From an uncultured Acidobacteriaceae bacterium (lineage in GTDB: Bacteria; Acidobacteriota; Terriglobia; Terriglobales; Acidobacteriaceae): 64,000 nt of DNA. The notes under the pieces were generated by a model. The model saw only the letters and a list, made by a program, of their open reading frames with translations, did not search any database and had not been told where the DNA came from. A program made the translations under genes and the position numbers. Shown piece after piece: positions 46,496 through 57,126 of this stretch; positions within the stretch are counted from its first letter, which is position 1; each line of letters opens with the position of its first letter. Location of the stretch: NCBI GenBank assembly GCA_964245315.1, contig CAXTMK010000002.1:29231-93230 (forward strand). Reading direction: 5' to 3'.

Positions 46496-47455
46496 ATGTA
46501 TGACCCCATCATGCGCGTCTTCACCGTCCTCGAGATCCTCCAGGCGCGCGACCGCGTGACCGGAGCGGAACTCGCCGAGCGGCTGGAAGTCGATCTCCGC
46601 ACCGTGCAGCGCTACATCGTTCGCTTGAAGGATCTGGGCATTCCCATCAGCTCGTCGCCGGGCGTTGGCGGCTCCTATCGTCTGCGGCCGGGTTATCGCC
46701 TGCCTCCGCTGCTGCTGACGAACGAAGAGGCATTCGCTCTCTCGCTGGGTCTGCGCGCGCTTCGTCAGATCGGCGCGGAGGCCTTCGCGCCCGCCACCGA
46801 ATCCGCGCTCGCCAAGCTCGGCCGCGTCCTGCCCGAGGCGTTGCGCGAGAGCATTCGCACCGTGGAAGACGTGGTCAGCGTGGAACCCAATCCCTGGGTC
46901 GCTCCAACCTCGATGGAGTGCCTGATCGGCGCCGCATCCGCCATTCGCAACGGTCGGCGCATCCGCTTCGCCTATGAGTCGCACCAGGGGACGACATCCC
47001 ATCGCGAGATCGAGCCCTGCGGCCTGACCCACGCCGACGGACGCTGGTACCTGATCGGCCGCTGCCTCTCGCGGCAGGCGCTGCGCACCTTTCGCCTCGA
47101 CCGCGCGACGCATCTCGAACTTTGCGCCCAGACGTTCCAGCCGCCGGCCGATTTCGATGCGCGCCGCTACCTCGCGGAGCATATGCCGTTCGTCCAATCC
47201 GAGTACCGGATCGATGTCTGGATCGATATGCCCCTTGCGGAAGCTGAGCGCTCCTTCACGCCGTGGAGAATCGCAGCGGAAGCGGACGGTGAGGGCACAC
47301 GCCTGCGCTGCGGGCGCGATCGCCTGGAGATGTTCGCCGCGATGCTGCTCAGCACAGACCGCCGGATCGTGGTGCATTCTCCTGCGGAACTGCGCGACAT
47401 CTTTCGCCGGCTGGCAATACTGGCGAAACAGGCGGCGCGCTGCGATGTTAGCTGA
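46496..47455 (+). CDS. YafY/DriD-like HTH-WYL transcriptional regulator
   Basis: ELAERLEVD.RTV.R..., G..GGSY, R.IEP, WYL, R.FRLDR. Confidence 0.93.
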   Translation: MYDPIMRVFTVLEILQARDRVTGAELAERLEVDLRTVQRYIVRLKDLGIPISSSPGVGGSYRLRPGYRLPPLLLTNEEAFALSLGLRALRQIGAEAFAPATESALAKLGRVLPEALRESIRTVEDVVSVEPNPWVAPTSMECLIGAASAIRNGRRIRFAYESHQGTTSHREIEPCGLTHADGRWYLIGRCLSRQALRTFRLDRATHLELCAQTFQPPADFDARRYLAEHMPFVQSEYRIDVWIDMPLAEAERSFTPWRIAAEADGEGTRLRCGRDRLEMFAAMLLSTDRRIVVHSPAELRDIFRRLAILAKQAARCDVS

Positions 47456-47542
47456 ATTTTCAAACACCATTCATCTTCTGCTGCGTCGGTGAGCCTTAAA
47501 ACAGAGGGGAACTTACCTTCACCCCACTGAGGCAATCGACAC

Positions 47543-49243
47543 ATGGTACGCAAATCTCTGGCTGTTATTTTGACTGGCACCCTCGCCCTGAGCGGCTGCG
47601 GCATGACTTCGCTGCCGACGGCGTACTCACCCACGGCTACGACTACGCCGGTTGTGGTTTCCACGACGAGCGCTCAGGTAATCAAGCACGTCGTCGTCAT
47701 CTTCGGCGAGAACATCTCATTCGATCACTACTTCGGCACCTACCCCAACGCCAGCAACCTGGCGGGTGAGACGAAGTTCACCGCCGCGACCGGCACGCCG
47801 ACGAACATCAACAACTACATCTCTAGTCCCTCCCTGCTGACCGGCAATCCCAACCTGAGCACGAAGAACCTGAATACGGCGACGAATTCGGTGCCTTCGA
47901 ATCCCTTCCGCCTGGCTCCGGGACAGGCCGGAACCGGCGACCAGGGCCATAACTATGCTCCTGAACAGAACGCGTTCGACAACGGAAAGATGGATATGTT
48001 CCCGCTCTCGGTCGGTACGGCCGATGCTGCCGCGCTCGTGACCGAAACCAACGCGACCAGCCTGGCCGGCACCACTGCGCTGACGATGGCCTATTACGAC
48101 GGCAACACCGTCACCGCGCTGTGGAACTACGCGCAGCACTATGCAATGAACGACCACTCGTTCGGCTCGACCTTCGGGCCTTCGACCCCCGGAGCGCTGA
48201 ATGTCATCTCCGGCCAGACCAACGGCGTCATCAATCCGACCAACGTGGCTTCGTCCATTGTTGCGGACGGACAGGGCGGCTTCACGGACATCAACGATGC
48301 TGACCCGACTGGCGATGTGTGCTCTTCGACCAGCGCCAACTTCAGCATGTCCGGCCCGAACATCGGCAACCTGCTGACCAACGCCAACATCACCTGGGGC
48401 ATGTTCTCGGGCGGCTTCAATCTCTCGACGACGAACGCCAACGGCACCACGGGCTGCGCGCGCACGACCGGCGCGGCCAACATCCCGGGCAATCCGCTGA
48501 AGGCCGATTACATTCCGCACCACGAGCCATTCCAGTACTACGCCAGCACGGCGAATCTGAACCACGTGCGGCCCACCTCGGTCGCGGCGATCGGCACAAA
48601 CGCGGATGCCGCGAATCACCAGTATGACGTGACCGACTTCACGGCTGCTCTGGCCGCGGGCAATCTGCCGGCGGTAAGCTACATCAAGGCGCCGGGATTT
48701 CAGGACGGACATGCCGGATACTCCGATCCTCTGGACGAGCAGACGTTTGTCGTGAATACGGTCAACGCAATCGAGCAGTCGAGCTTCTGGTCGAGCACGG
48801 CGATCATCATCGCGTACGACGATTCAGACGGCTGGTATGACCATCTGAGCAACTTCGTAAACGGGTCGGCGACGGCTTCGGACACGCTGAATGGCGCGGG
48901 GGTGTGCATCAGCACGACGGCCGCGGCGAACGCTCTGCCGGGACCGAACTCGAACGGTCTGCCGGTGCAGGGACGCTGCGGCTATGGACCGCGCCTGCCG
49001 TTCATGGTCATCTCTCCCTGGGCAAACAAGAACGTCGTCGACAACACCGTCACCGATCAATCGTCGGTAGTGCGCTTCATCGAAGATACGTTCCTGTCGA
49101 GCAAGCGGCTGGGCGGCGGATCGTTCGACGCGACAGCCGGTTCAATCAACAATATGTTCAATTTCACCAACGGCGCGGTGATTCCGAATCCAACCCCGGT
49201 GATCCTGAACCCGACAACGGGTGCTTGCGTTTCGGGCTGCTAG
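47543..49243 (+). CDS. Phospholipase C / acid phosphatase family phosphoesterase, lipoprotein
   Basis: Lipobox LSGC; IKHVVVIFGEN.SFDHYFG, YDDSDGWYDH, GPRLP. Confidence 0.92.
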   Translation: MVRKSLAVILTGTLALSGCGMTSLPTAYSPTATTTPVVVSTTSAQVIKHVVVIFGENISFDHYFGTYPNASNLAGETKFTAATGTPTNINNYISSPSLLTGNPNLSTKNLNTATNSVPSNPFRLAPGQAGTGDQGHNYAPEQNAFDNGKMDMFPLSVGTADAAALVTETNATSLAGTTALTMAYYDGNTVTALWNYAQHYAMNDHSFGSTFGPSTPGALNVISGQTNGVINPTNVASSIVADGQGGFTDINDADPTGDVCSSTSANFSMSGPNIGNLLTNANITWGMFSGGFNLSTTNANGTTGCARTTGAANIPGNPLKADYIPHHEPFQYYASTANLNHVRPTSVAAIGTNADAANHQYDVTDFTAALAAGNLPAVSYIKAPGFQDGHAGYSDPLDEQTFVVNTVNAIEQSSFWSSTAIIIAYDDSDGWYDHLSNFVNGSATASDTLNGAGVCISTTAAANALPGPNSNGLPVQGRCGYGPRLPFMVISPWANKNVVDNTVTDQSSVVRFIEDTFLSSKRLGGGSFDATAGSINNMFNFTNGAVIPNPTPVILNPTTGACVSGC

Positions 49244-49360
49244 TTCTTGCGTTTTGGGGCTGTAGTTCATCGCTTCGTTACATCCGCACCTTACACTCGG
49301 ATCACGCACTCTCCGGCATGGCGAGTGCGTGATTTTCTTTGCACGGTCTCCGGAGCGAAC

Positions 49361-50974
49361 TTGTCACAGACCCGACGCAACTTTCTGAGGCAGGCGACTG
49401 CCCTCACGGTTCTCTCTCGCACGCTGGGATCGCGTGCTTTGCAGAACGCGCATCCCGGCATGAGTTCCGTGCCGCAGATGCGTGCGCCGGCCGCGCCCCC
49501 GGCGAAGATGCTGCACTCGCTGGAGCTGCCGCCGTTTGCCGATGCGCTGCCGCTGCCGGAGCGCCTGCATCCTGCGCCTCCGAAGCGTATGGGCCAGCCG
49601 AGGACCTTGCGCGTGACCATGAGCGAGGTGCGCGGCAAGGTGCATCGCGATGTGCCTGCGGGACGCTTCTGGAGCTACGGCGACGGCCTGTTGGCGCCGA
49701 TGATCGAGGCTCGCGCACATGAGCCGTTGCAGATCGAGTGGGTGAATGCGCTGCCCGAGAAACACTTTCTGCCGATCGACTACACACTGCATGGCTGCGG
49801 GCGCGAGCTACCGGACGTGCGCGCGATCGTACACGTCCACGGAGCGAAAGTGCTGCCGAAGGACGACGGCTACCCGACCGACTGGTTCGTGCCGGGGACG
49901 AGCCGGACCTGCCTGTATCCGCTCGAACAGGAGGCTACGGCGCTGTGGTATCACGACCACGCCATGGGGTTGAACCGGCTGAACATCTACGCGGGCCTGT
50001 ATGGCATGTTTCTGATTCGCGATCGCGAAGAGGAGGCGCTGGGATTGCCGGGCGGAAGATATGAGGTTCCCCTCATGTTCTGCGATCGCGACTTTACGGC
50101 GGACGGACAGCTGTTCTATCCCGACTCGGGGATCGAGGGGCATCCCTGGGTGCCGGAGTTTCTGGCGGATGCGATTCTTATCAACGGGAAGATACGGCCT
50201 TACTTCGAGGTCGAGCCGCGCCTGTACCGCTTTCGCGTGGCGAATGTGGCCAACAGCCGCTTCTTCGCGCTGAGCCTTTCGCAGCAGATGGGCTTTTATC
50301 AGATCGGCTCGGATCAGGGTTTGCTGGGGGCGCCCGTGCCGATGACGCGGTTGACGCTGGCGCCTGCCGAGCGCGCCGATCTGCTGATCGACTTTTCGAA
50401 GATGGCTGGCAACAAGCTGCACCTGCTGAATGGGGCGCTTGAGGTGCTGGAGTTTCGCGTGGCGGGAACGGCGTCGGCAAGCGCGGCGATGCCCGCGAGC
50501 TTACGGAGCGTGCTGCGAACGCCGGAATCGGACGCGGTCGTCACCCGTACCATCATGCTGAACGAGTACCAGGACAAGATTGGCAATCCGATGGTGATGC
50601 TGCTGAATCGCAAGCACTGGCACGAGCCTGTCACCGAGACGCCGCGGCTGAACACGACCGAGATATGGGAGTTCGTGAACCTGACCGAGGACGTTCACCC
50701 GATGCATCTGCACCTGGTGCGCTTTCAACTGCTGGATAGGCGAGTCTTCGACGTATTCAATTACCGGGCCGGCGCGCCGCCCAGGTACATCGCCCCGGCG
50801 GAGTTGCCGACCGCGCACGAGATGGGCTGGAAGGACACCATCCAGTGCCCGCCCGGCATGGTGACGCGCATCATCGCGCGCTTTGAGGGCTATGCCGGCA
50901 AGTACCTCTACCACTGCCACATTTTGGAGCACGAATCGAACGACATGATGCGGCCGTTTGAGGTTGTTGCATAG
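49361..50974 (+). CDS. Multicopper oxidase (CotA/bilirubin oxidase-like), Tat substrate
   Basis: TRRNFL Tat motif; HVHG, WYHDH, HPMHLH and HCHILEH copper motifs. TTG start inferred from a GGAG RBS. Confidence 0.93.
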   Translation: MSQTRRNFLRQATALTVLSRTLGSRALQNAHPGMSSVPQMRAPAAPPAKMLHSLELPPFADALPLPERLHPAPPKRMGQPRTLRVTMSEVRGKVHRDVPAGRFWSYGDGLLAPMIEARAHEPLQIEWVNALPEKHFLPIDYTLHGCGRELPDVRAIVHVHGAKVLPKDDGYPTDWFVPGTSRTCLYPLEQEATALWYHDHAMGLNRLNIYAGLYGMFLIRDREEEALGLPGGRYEVPLMFCDRDFTADGQLFYPDSGIEGHPWVPEFLADAILINGKIRPYFEVEPRLYRFRVANVANSRFFALSLSQQMGFYQIGSDQGLLGAPVPMTRLTLAPAERADLLIDFSKMAGNKLHLLNGALEVLEFRVAGTASASAAMPASLRSVLRTPESDAVVTRTIMLNEYQDKIGNPMVMLLNRKHWHEPVTETPRLNTTEIWEFVNLTEDVHPMHLHLVRFQLLDRRVFDVFNYRAGAPPRYIAPAELPTAHEMGWKDTIQCPPGMVTRIIARFEGYAGKYLYHCHILEHESNDMMRPFEVVA

Positions 50975-51063
50975 AATCTTCGTCGCTTAATCAAGTGAAA
51001 GTGTGGGCGCATACATAAAGACGACGAACAATGCGTTTAGTGGAGCTAATACAGCAGATGTCT

Positions 51064-51660
51064 TTATCGGCCCGAGCGTGAGGCAGACCGCCCGTGAACC
51101 ATCAACCATGGATCGATGGCAGCCGGTTGAGGGACACGGATGAGTTGGAACTGGTGCTTGTGGCCGCCAGTGTCCTCGCATTCAATAACGCACAACCAAT
51201 ATTTATTGATCTCGGCGCGTTCCAACACAATCTCAGCGGGTTCGTTCGCTAGAACATGGTAACTCGTGCTCACGCCATCTTTGTCATCCGATCTGCGTTT
51301 GACCAGCTTCGACTCCTCCAACCGGAACTTAGGATCAACCATACGGTGCCATCCCTCAACCCGGAGCGCGGGGCCCTTACCTATATTCCTGACCTTCAGG
51401 TGTATATTACGGGACGGTGAAGAGCTTGCGGTCGCAGCCTGGGACGTCGTGAACGCATTATCAGAGCCGCCCAGGGAGCTCAGGGTAAACACGGGGGCTA
51501 TTTCTGCCCGCCGCGTTTCCAATTGTAGTTCCATCATCTTCTTCGTATATCCGGTGTACTTGATTAGATAAATGATCCCGGCGAGAGCAGAAATGCTCTG
51601 AACGCCTACCCAGAATGTCTCCGATTCCAGGAAGTGTTGGAGGTGAGTTGTCACGGCCAT
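51064..51660 (-). CDS. Hypothetical protein with an N-terminal TM helix, lower GC
   Basis: 198 aa ORF compositionally distinct from its flanks. Confidence 0.6.
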   Translation of the reverse strand: MAVTTHLQHFLESETFWVGVQSISALAGIIYLIKYTGYTKKMMELQLETRRAEIAPVFTLSSLGGSDNAFTTSQAATASSSPSRNIHLKVRNIGKGPALRVEGWHRMVDPKFRLEESKLVKRRSDDKDGVSTSYHVLANEPAEIVLERAEINKYWLCVIECEDTGGHKHQFQLIRVPQPAAIDPWLMVHGRSASRSGR

Positions 51661-51770
51661 TCCGACAGTCTACGCCCGCCTGCGCCGTTGGGGCAGACGA
51701 CGCACGACGGAGAGCATAAAAACAGAACAGAATGCGCCGAAGGGGGTTTGTGGGTGGATCCGACAACTTC

Positions 51771-54700
51771 CTACTGCATTCTCATCCACACATCCTCCAG
51801 CACATCCACCGAGGAAGTCAGCGTTTGTCCGCCCACGGTCACGCGGATCATGTAGCTTCCCGGCGCAAGAATCGGCCCCTGCGGTGTACGTCCGAAACCT
51901 CCTCCGCCACCACCGCCGCCGCCCGTAGCCGCGACGAACGGCACCTCGGTTGACTCCGGATACCCACCCGGAGGCGGAGGCGGCGCATTCGGATCGGTCG
52001 GCACCGACTCGCCGCGGCCGGGGCCTCCAGGACCGCCAACGCCTGCTCCGCCGCGTCCGGCTGCGCCCGCCACTGGAACCGGTCCGCGCATGTTCCACTG
52101 GAAGCGATTCAGCCCGGCCTTGATGTCGACATCCATCGTGCTGACCACGCGCGTGCCCTGCAGGAACTCGACCTTGGTCTTGGCGGCGTCGGTCTTCGAG
52201 TAGATGGCGATCGCCGTGCCGCCCTGCGGGTTCGCGCCGATGAACTCGCGGTTCGAACCCACCACGCGGTTCGCCCCATGCCGCTGATCTTCGAGGTTGT
52301 TCTTCCACAGGATCGCAGGCCGCGGCTCAAACAAGACCACATCCTTGTTCTTCGCCTTATTCATCTGTTCGAGCGACGAGATGTCGTCCATGATCCAGAT
52401 CGAGCGGCCGTGCGTGCCGACGATCAGGTCGTGGTCGCGCGGATGAATCAGGATGTCGTCCACAGGCACCATCGGCAGGCCGTTCATGAACCTCTGCCAA
52501 CTCTTCGCGCCATCCAGCGAGACGAACATGCCGAACTCGGTGCCGACAAACAGCAGATCGGGGTTTACGAGGTCCTCGCGCAGCGCGTTGATGTTGCCGT
52601 TCGCGGGCAGATTCGCGGTTACGTTGGTGAAGGTCTTGCCGTAGTCGGTCGTCTTATACAGATAGGGCGCCCAGTCGTCTTCGCGGTGCGCGTCGATGGC
52701 GACGTAAGCGGTGCCGGGATCGAAACGTGACGGCTCGATGCGCGACACCTGGATGTAGCCCTGCGGCGCTCCGGGCAGGTTGGCGTAGACGTTGGTCCAC
52801 GTCTCGCCGTCGTCCTGCGAGACCTGCAGGTTGCCGTCGTCGGTCCCGACCCACAGCACGCCCGGCTTGGAGGGCGACTCGCGCATCTGCGTCGCCATGG
52901 AACTGGTCGCGTAGCCGTCGTGCTTGGCCACCATCGGCTTGTCGCCGGGCACGCCCATGATGGGGCGACCGGCGGACCAGCGCGGCAGGTTCTTCGACAA
53001 GTCCTGCGGCGAGGTAATCATCCACGTATCGCCGCGGTCGATGCTCTTGAAGACATACTGGCCCGCCATGTAGAGCACCGCCGGATTGTGCGGGCTGACC
53101 TCGAACGGCGCGTTCCAGTAGAAGCGCAGCGGCTGGATATCCCTGGTCACATTGCCGATGTTCGCGACGGTCTGCGGACCGAGGCCGTTGGCGGGCGTGT
53201 CCGTGGCTGTTGCTCCCGGCGCGGTACCCGGAGCCGTCCCGGCAGCGGCCTGACCGCCAGCCGCGCCCGCTCGTCCTCCGCGACGTCCGCCGGCCGGTGC
53301 AGCTTCAGCGGGAGTCGCGCTCTCAGCCGGAGCCAACGTCCCTTCCGCCGGAGCCGCAGCGGGCCGAGGCGGCGTAACCGGAGGCAGCGTGGGCCTGATG
53401 CTCTTCTGGGTGCCGTCGCGCAGGTTGTGCCGCTGCATCTCGCCGTCCTGCGACTCCGCGTAGACGATCGTCCAGTCGATCGGGTCCTGCCGCGTGTAGA
53501 AGCCGTCACCGCCCGCCACCGAGTACCAGTCGTTGTTCATCGGACCGGTGGTCGAGCGCAGCGCGCTCGGAGCGCACCACGCGGCGTTATCCTGCAGCCC
53601 GCCGCAGACGTGATACGGATGCCGGTTGTCGGCCGAGACCTGGTAGAACTGCCCGACTGCGAGGTCATTGTGGTAATCCCACGTAAAGCCGCCGTCGTTC
53701 GAGATGTCGAAGCCGCCGTCGTGGCCGATCGCGACGATGCGCGGGTCGGCGGGGTTGATCCAGATCGCGTGGTAGTCCACATGCGAGGCCGTAAAGCCCT
53801 TCCAGGTCTTGCCGCCGTCGAGCGACATCTGCCCCGGCGTCCCGCCCACGTAGACCTTGTCCACGTTCTTCGGATCGACGCGAATCTGCGCGAAGTAGGT
53901 CGGCCGCTGGTTCTGATTGCTCATGAACTTCCAGGTCTTGCCGCCGTCGTCGGAGCGGAAGACGCCGTTGCCGTTGGGATCGGGCGGAGGCGTCGCGGGA
54001 CGTCCGCCACCCGCAGCCGCGGTTACCGCGGGCGTCGGTGTCGCACCCGCAACACCCGCCGGCGTCGTGCCGGTCGTGGGTTTGGGAGGCGCGCCGGGAG
54101 TGGCGACGGCTTCAGCCGCTGACTCGCCGGTAGGGGCGGGTGCCGGAGCGCCGCCGCCGCGACCGGCGTTTGGAGCCTGTGGCCCTCCATTGGCCGCGGT
54201 GCCGCTGCCCGTGCCGGCGCTCGCGCCCGCCTCCACCAGCGCGTAGATGGTCGTCGGCTTCGCCGGGAAGATCGCCAGCGCGATGCGTCCATACAGCCCA
54301 TCCTTGGGCTTCGGCCAGCCGGGGCCGTCGAGCTTGGTCCAGGTCTCGCCGGCGTTCGTCGACTTCCACAGCGCGCAGTTGGCGCTGCCGCCGTTGTATC
54401 CCCAGCCGTTGCGCCGCCGCGCGAAGGAGGTCGCATAGACGATCTTCGGGTTCAAAGGGTCGAGCGCGACATCGTTGAAGCCGGTGTCGTTATCGATGAA
54501 CTTCATGTTCTTCCAGGTCTTGCCGCCGTCGCTTGTCTTATACAGCCCGCGATCCGGATTGGGTCCGAACAGGTGGCCCGGCGACGCGACGTAGACGATG
54601 TCCGGGTTCTTCGGATCGACCGCAATCCGATTGATCGACTGCACTTTCTCGAGGCCCAGGTGCGTCCAGGTCTTGCCGCCGTCGCGCGTGCCCCACATGC

Positions 54701-55115
54701 CGTCGCCGATCGACGAGCTTTGGCGGTTGTTCGCCTCGCCCCGGCCCACGTAGACGATATTCGGGTCCGAAGGCGCGATGCCGATGGCGCCGATGGACTC
54801 GTTTTCGGCCGTGTCGAACTGCGACTTCCAGTGGTTGCCGCCGTCGGTCGACTTCCACAGGCCGCCGGTCGCAAAGCCGACGTAGAGCAGCATCGTATCC
54901 CTGGCCGAGCCCTGAATGTCGTCGACGCGCCCGCCCATCACCGCCGGGCCGATCGTTCGGAAGGCGAAGCTGCGCAGCACGGGGTCCGCGCTCATGTTCG
55001 GCTTGATCTCAGGCGCACGCGGGGTGGGCGGCTGCGCTTCGCCGACACCGATCGCGAAAAAAATAGTAGCTACTGGAAGCAGCAAACGGCGGGAAGCAGA
55101 GGGGCGAACAGACAT
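51771..55115 (-). CDS. BNR/Asp-box (VPS10/sortilin-like) beta-propeller protein
   Basis: Repeated S.DGG.TW Asp-boxes, signal peptide, Pro/Ala/Gly-rich insertions. Confidence 0.9.
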   Translation of the reverse strand: MSVRPSASRRLLLPVATIFFAIGVGEAQPPTPRAPEIKPNMSADPVLRSFAFRTIGPAVMGGRVDDIQGSARDTMLLYVGFATGGLWKSTDGGNHWKSQFDTAENESIGAIGIAPSDPNIVYVGRGEANNRQSSSIGDGMWGTRDGGKTWTHLGLEKVQSINRIAVDPKNPDIVYVASPGHLFGPNPDRGLYKTSDGGKTWKNMKFIDNDTGFNDVALDPLNPKIVYATSFARRRNGWGYNGGSANCALWKSTNAGETWTKLDGPGWPKPKDGLYGRIALAIFPAKPTTIYALVEAGASAGTGSGTAANGGPQAPNAGRGGGAPAPAPTGESAAEAVATPGAPPKPTTGTTPAGVAGATPTPAVTAAAGGGRPATPPPDPNGNGVFRSDDGGKTWKFMSNQNQRPTYFAQIRVDPKNVDKVYVGGTPGQMSLDGGKTWKGFTASHVDYHAIWINPADPRIVAIGHDGGFDISNDGGFTWDYHNDLAVGQFYQVSADNRHPYHVCGGLQDNAAWCAPSALRSTTGPMNNDWYSVAGGDGFYTRQDPIDWTIVYAESQDGEMQRHNLRDGTQKSIRPTLPPVTPPRPAAAPAEGTLAPAESATPAEAAPAGGRRGGRAGAAGGQAAAGTAPGTAPGATATDTPANGLGPQTVANIGNVTRDIQPLRFYWNAPFEVSPHNPAVLYMAGQYVFKSIDRGDTWMITSPQDLSKNLPRWSAGRPIMGVPGDKPMVAKHDGYATSSMATQMRESPSKPGVLWVGTDDGNLQVSQDDGETWTNVYANLPGAPQGYIQVSRIEPSRFDPGTAYVAIDAHREDDWAPYLYKTTDYGKTFTNVTANLPANGNINALREDLVNPDLLFVGTEFGMFVSLDGAKSWQRFMNGLPMVPVDDILIHPRDHDLIVGTHGRSIWIMDDISSLEQMNKAKNKDVVLFEPRPAILWKNNLEDQRHGANRVVGSNREFIGANPQGGTAIAIYSKTDAAKTKVEFLQGTRVVSTMDVDIKAGLNRFQWNMRGPVPVAGAAGRGGAGVGGPGGPGRGESVPTDPNAPPPPPGGYPESTEVPFVAATGGGGGGGGGFGRTPQGPILAPGSYMIRVTVGGQTLTSSVDVLEDVWMRMQ

Positions 55116-55290
55116 CGGTGTCTCTCCTGTGGCGGGGCTACTACACACTGTAATCCATGCCGGGGGTGACCTCATTTTAAAGTCTCAAAGTATTCAAACG
55201 ATAGGACTTAAGTCTGGACTTCGATGGAGAAGTCCGTCAAGTCCGGTGTCTGCCTGTAAAGTATTCATTCGAAAGGGGCAGTCCCATCAT

Positions 55291-55309
55291 GAGCCGGGGG
55301 GCGGAATTG
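55291..55309 (-). other. tRNA 3'-end-like fragment (att remnant)
   Basis: Reverse complement CAATT-CCGCC-CCCCGGC-T-C fits T-loop/T-stem/acceptor/discriminator geometry; it does not match the tRNA-Ser at 60211. Confidence 0.45.
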
Positions 55310-55474
55310 GTAGTGCAGACGGGATTCTCACGTAGAATCAGCACTCAATCTCATCGCTAAGCCGGACTTACACACTGCACGGGAAGAGCGAATTCTTGCG
55401 TCTACAATGGAGCTTTATTGACCAGAAGCGCGGTTATCGTTACTAAATGTGAGGTTTCAAGAGACCGGCAGCCG

Positions 55475-55732
55475 CTAAACATCTTGATTCCGAATTCCTT
55501 GCTGAACAATCTCGAACTCGTCCAGCGTCACTCCATAAACCTGTTTGAAAACGGCATTTGCTCGTGCTTCGTCAAGTGATTGATCATGCTTCCCCGAGAT
55601 CCACTCGAAGTCGCAAACGAACGGGCCATCCTCTAGAATCCATTGCCGGGTAGGCGCTGGTTCGAGCCCATCGTCAATGGAGTCAAGGAGATCGTGACGG
55701 AGATCCGAAAAGGGTCTTGGCGACTCTGACAT
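55475..55732 (-). CDS. Hypothetical protein
   Basis: 85 aa ORF with plausible composition. Confidence 0.45.
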   Translation of the reverse strand: MSESPRPFSDLRHDLLDSIDDGLEPAPTRQWILEDGPFVCDFEWISGKHDQSLDEARANAVFKQVYGVTLDEFEIVQQGIRNQDV

Positions 55733-56122
55733 ACAGAATTGACATCCTAAGCACTTGGCTCGCTAAACGAAAATATAATGGTCGTTATTAGTTCGGAAGC
55801 TAATTCGTCGTGGAGCGGACATACGACAGAATTCTACGCACATTGGATGGGTACCGAGAAGTCTTGGTGCTGTATCTGGACCGCCCGCTTGTGAGCGCTG
55901 AACGCGGCATTGTCCTGGTTTGGGCGGTTCGGATACAGCGACTTGAAGGAAGCCGCTTTGTCCGGCTCCGCTGTTCTATGGGCGTTGAAAAGGGTTGAGT
56001 TGGTGACGGTCGGGGAAGCTGCGGATGTTGTGGCGTTCTGAGTGCTCAAGGCCTGTGAGTTGATGGCCGCTGTTGGGCGTTTTCAGGTCGCTTCATCGTG
56101 AGCTGAGCCGGGAATCGCGGGT

Positions 56123-56638
56123 GTGCGTGTCACGCAAGGCGCAGAGCTTCCGCACCGCCATAAGATCGTGGTTCCCGGTAATCATGAGTTCTTCCTCGAA
56201 TCGAACCCAGAACGCCGGACACTCCTCGACAATGCCAACGTGCTGATCGATGAACGCATTGAGATCGATGGGCTGAACATTTACGGTTCGCCCATGACCC
56301 CGCTCTACGGCGCTGCATTCGGTAAATCGTCACCGCGCGATCGGGAACGCCATTGGAGCAAGGTTCCGGATGACACTCATGTGCTTCTTACACACGGACC
56401 TCCGTTCGGCATTCTCGACCTTCCTCCAGACCAGGCGAAGCGGATGGGCGATCCAGAGCTGCGTAGTCGGGTGAGAAAACTGGATTCTTTGAAGCTACAT
56501 GCGTTTGGTCATGTTCATGGCGCACATGGTGTTGTCGAACAGGACGGTGTTACATTCACCAACGTCGCGCTAACGGGGCTTCTTGGCGACCTTGTGCAAG
56601 CCCCAACAGTGCTTCGGATGAAGAGCAGACGAAAATAG
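56123..56638 (+). pseudogene. Metallophosphoesterase, N-terminally truncated
   Basis: Has KIVVPGNHE, LLTHGPP and FGHVH but lacks the N-terminal SDTH/HAGD motifs. Confidence 0.75.
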
Positions 56639-56766
56639 GGAAGGCACTGTGATGACACAAACTTTACCCAGGTAAGATTCTCCACTTGAAGTGTAGAGGG
56701 CAATGTCTCTGGGTGTGCTCATCGTGGACCACGACGTCATCCACCTGATCCCGCTCATAAACTCGC

Positions 56767-57045
56767 CTATATTGTCCGCTCATCGTGAGCCAATGGGTGT
56801 TCCGAACGACATACGGCGTACTCTTCCGATTGCCGGAAGACCCTGGATAGATCAGGGCCTCCAGGTAAGGCTTTCGCGCCAGTCGCCCGAGTAGCCGAAT
56901 AGGGCGCTTGCTCGCTCTCCGTAAACCAGAAAACGGTGAACGCGGCGACCTTGGGTGCCTTGAACCAATGAGCTTTCCCGTCAGCGTCCACGGCCCACCA
57001 CTGGGCGGTTTTCGGAGCGGCTTTCCAGTCAACACAGTCTTGCAT
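56767..57045 (-). CDS. Small hypothetical protein
   Basis: W..AP..AQWWAVDADG.AHWF motif seen in phage-type small proteins. Confidence 0.4.
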   Translation of the reverse strand: MQDCVDWKAAPKTAQWWAVDADGKAHWFKAPKVAAFTVFWFTESEQAPYSATRATGAKALPGGPDLSRVFRQSEEYAVCRSEHPLAHDERTI

Positions 57046-57126
57046 AAATGGTCTCCCGATGACGATAGCACTTGAGTGTGCGGGCAGGCCCCTTTTCGTC
57101 TCGTCGTATCATGATCGCGCCGGAGT

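Noticed and set aside
53150-54250. Pro/Ala/Gly-rich stretches in the BNR protein as inserted elements
   Set aside because: In-frame low-complexity linkers with no repeat or terminal structure.
55834-56049. 71-aa ORF in the island
   Set aside because: No recognisable motif and competing overlapping frames; cannot be supported.
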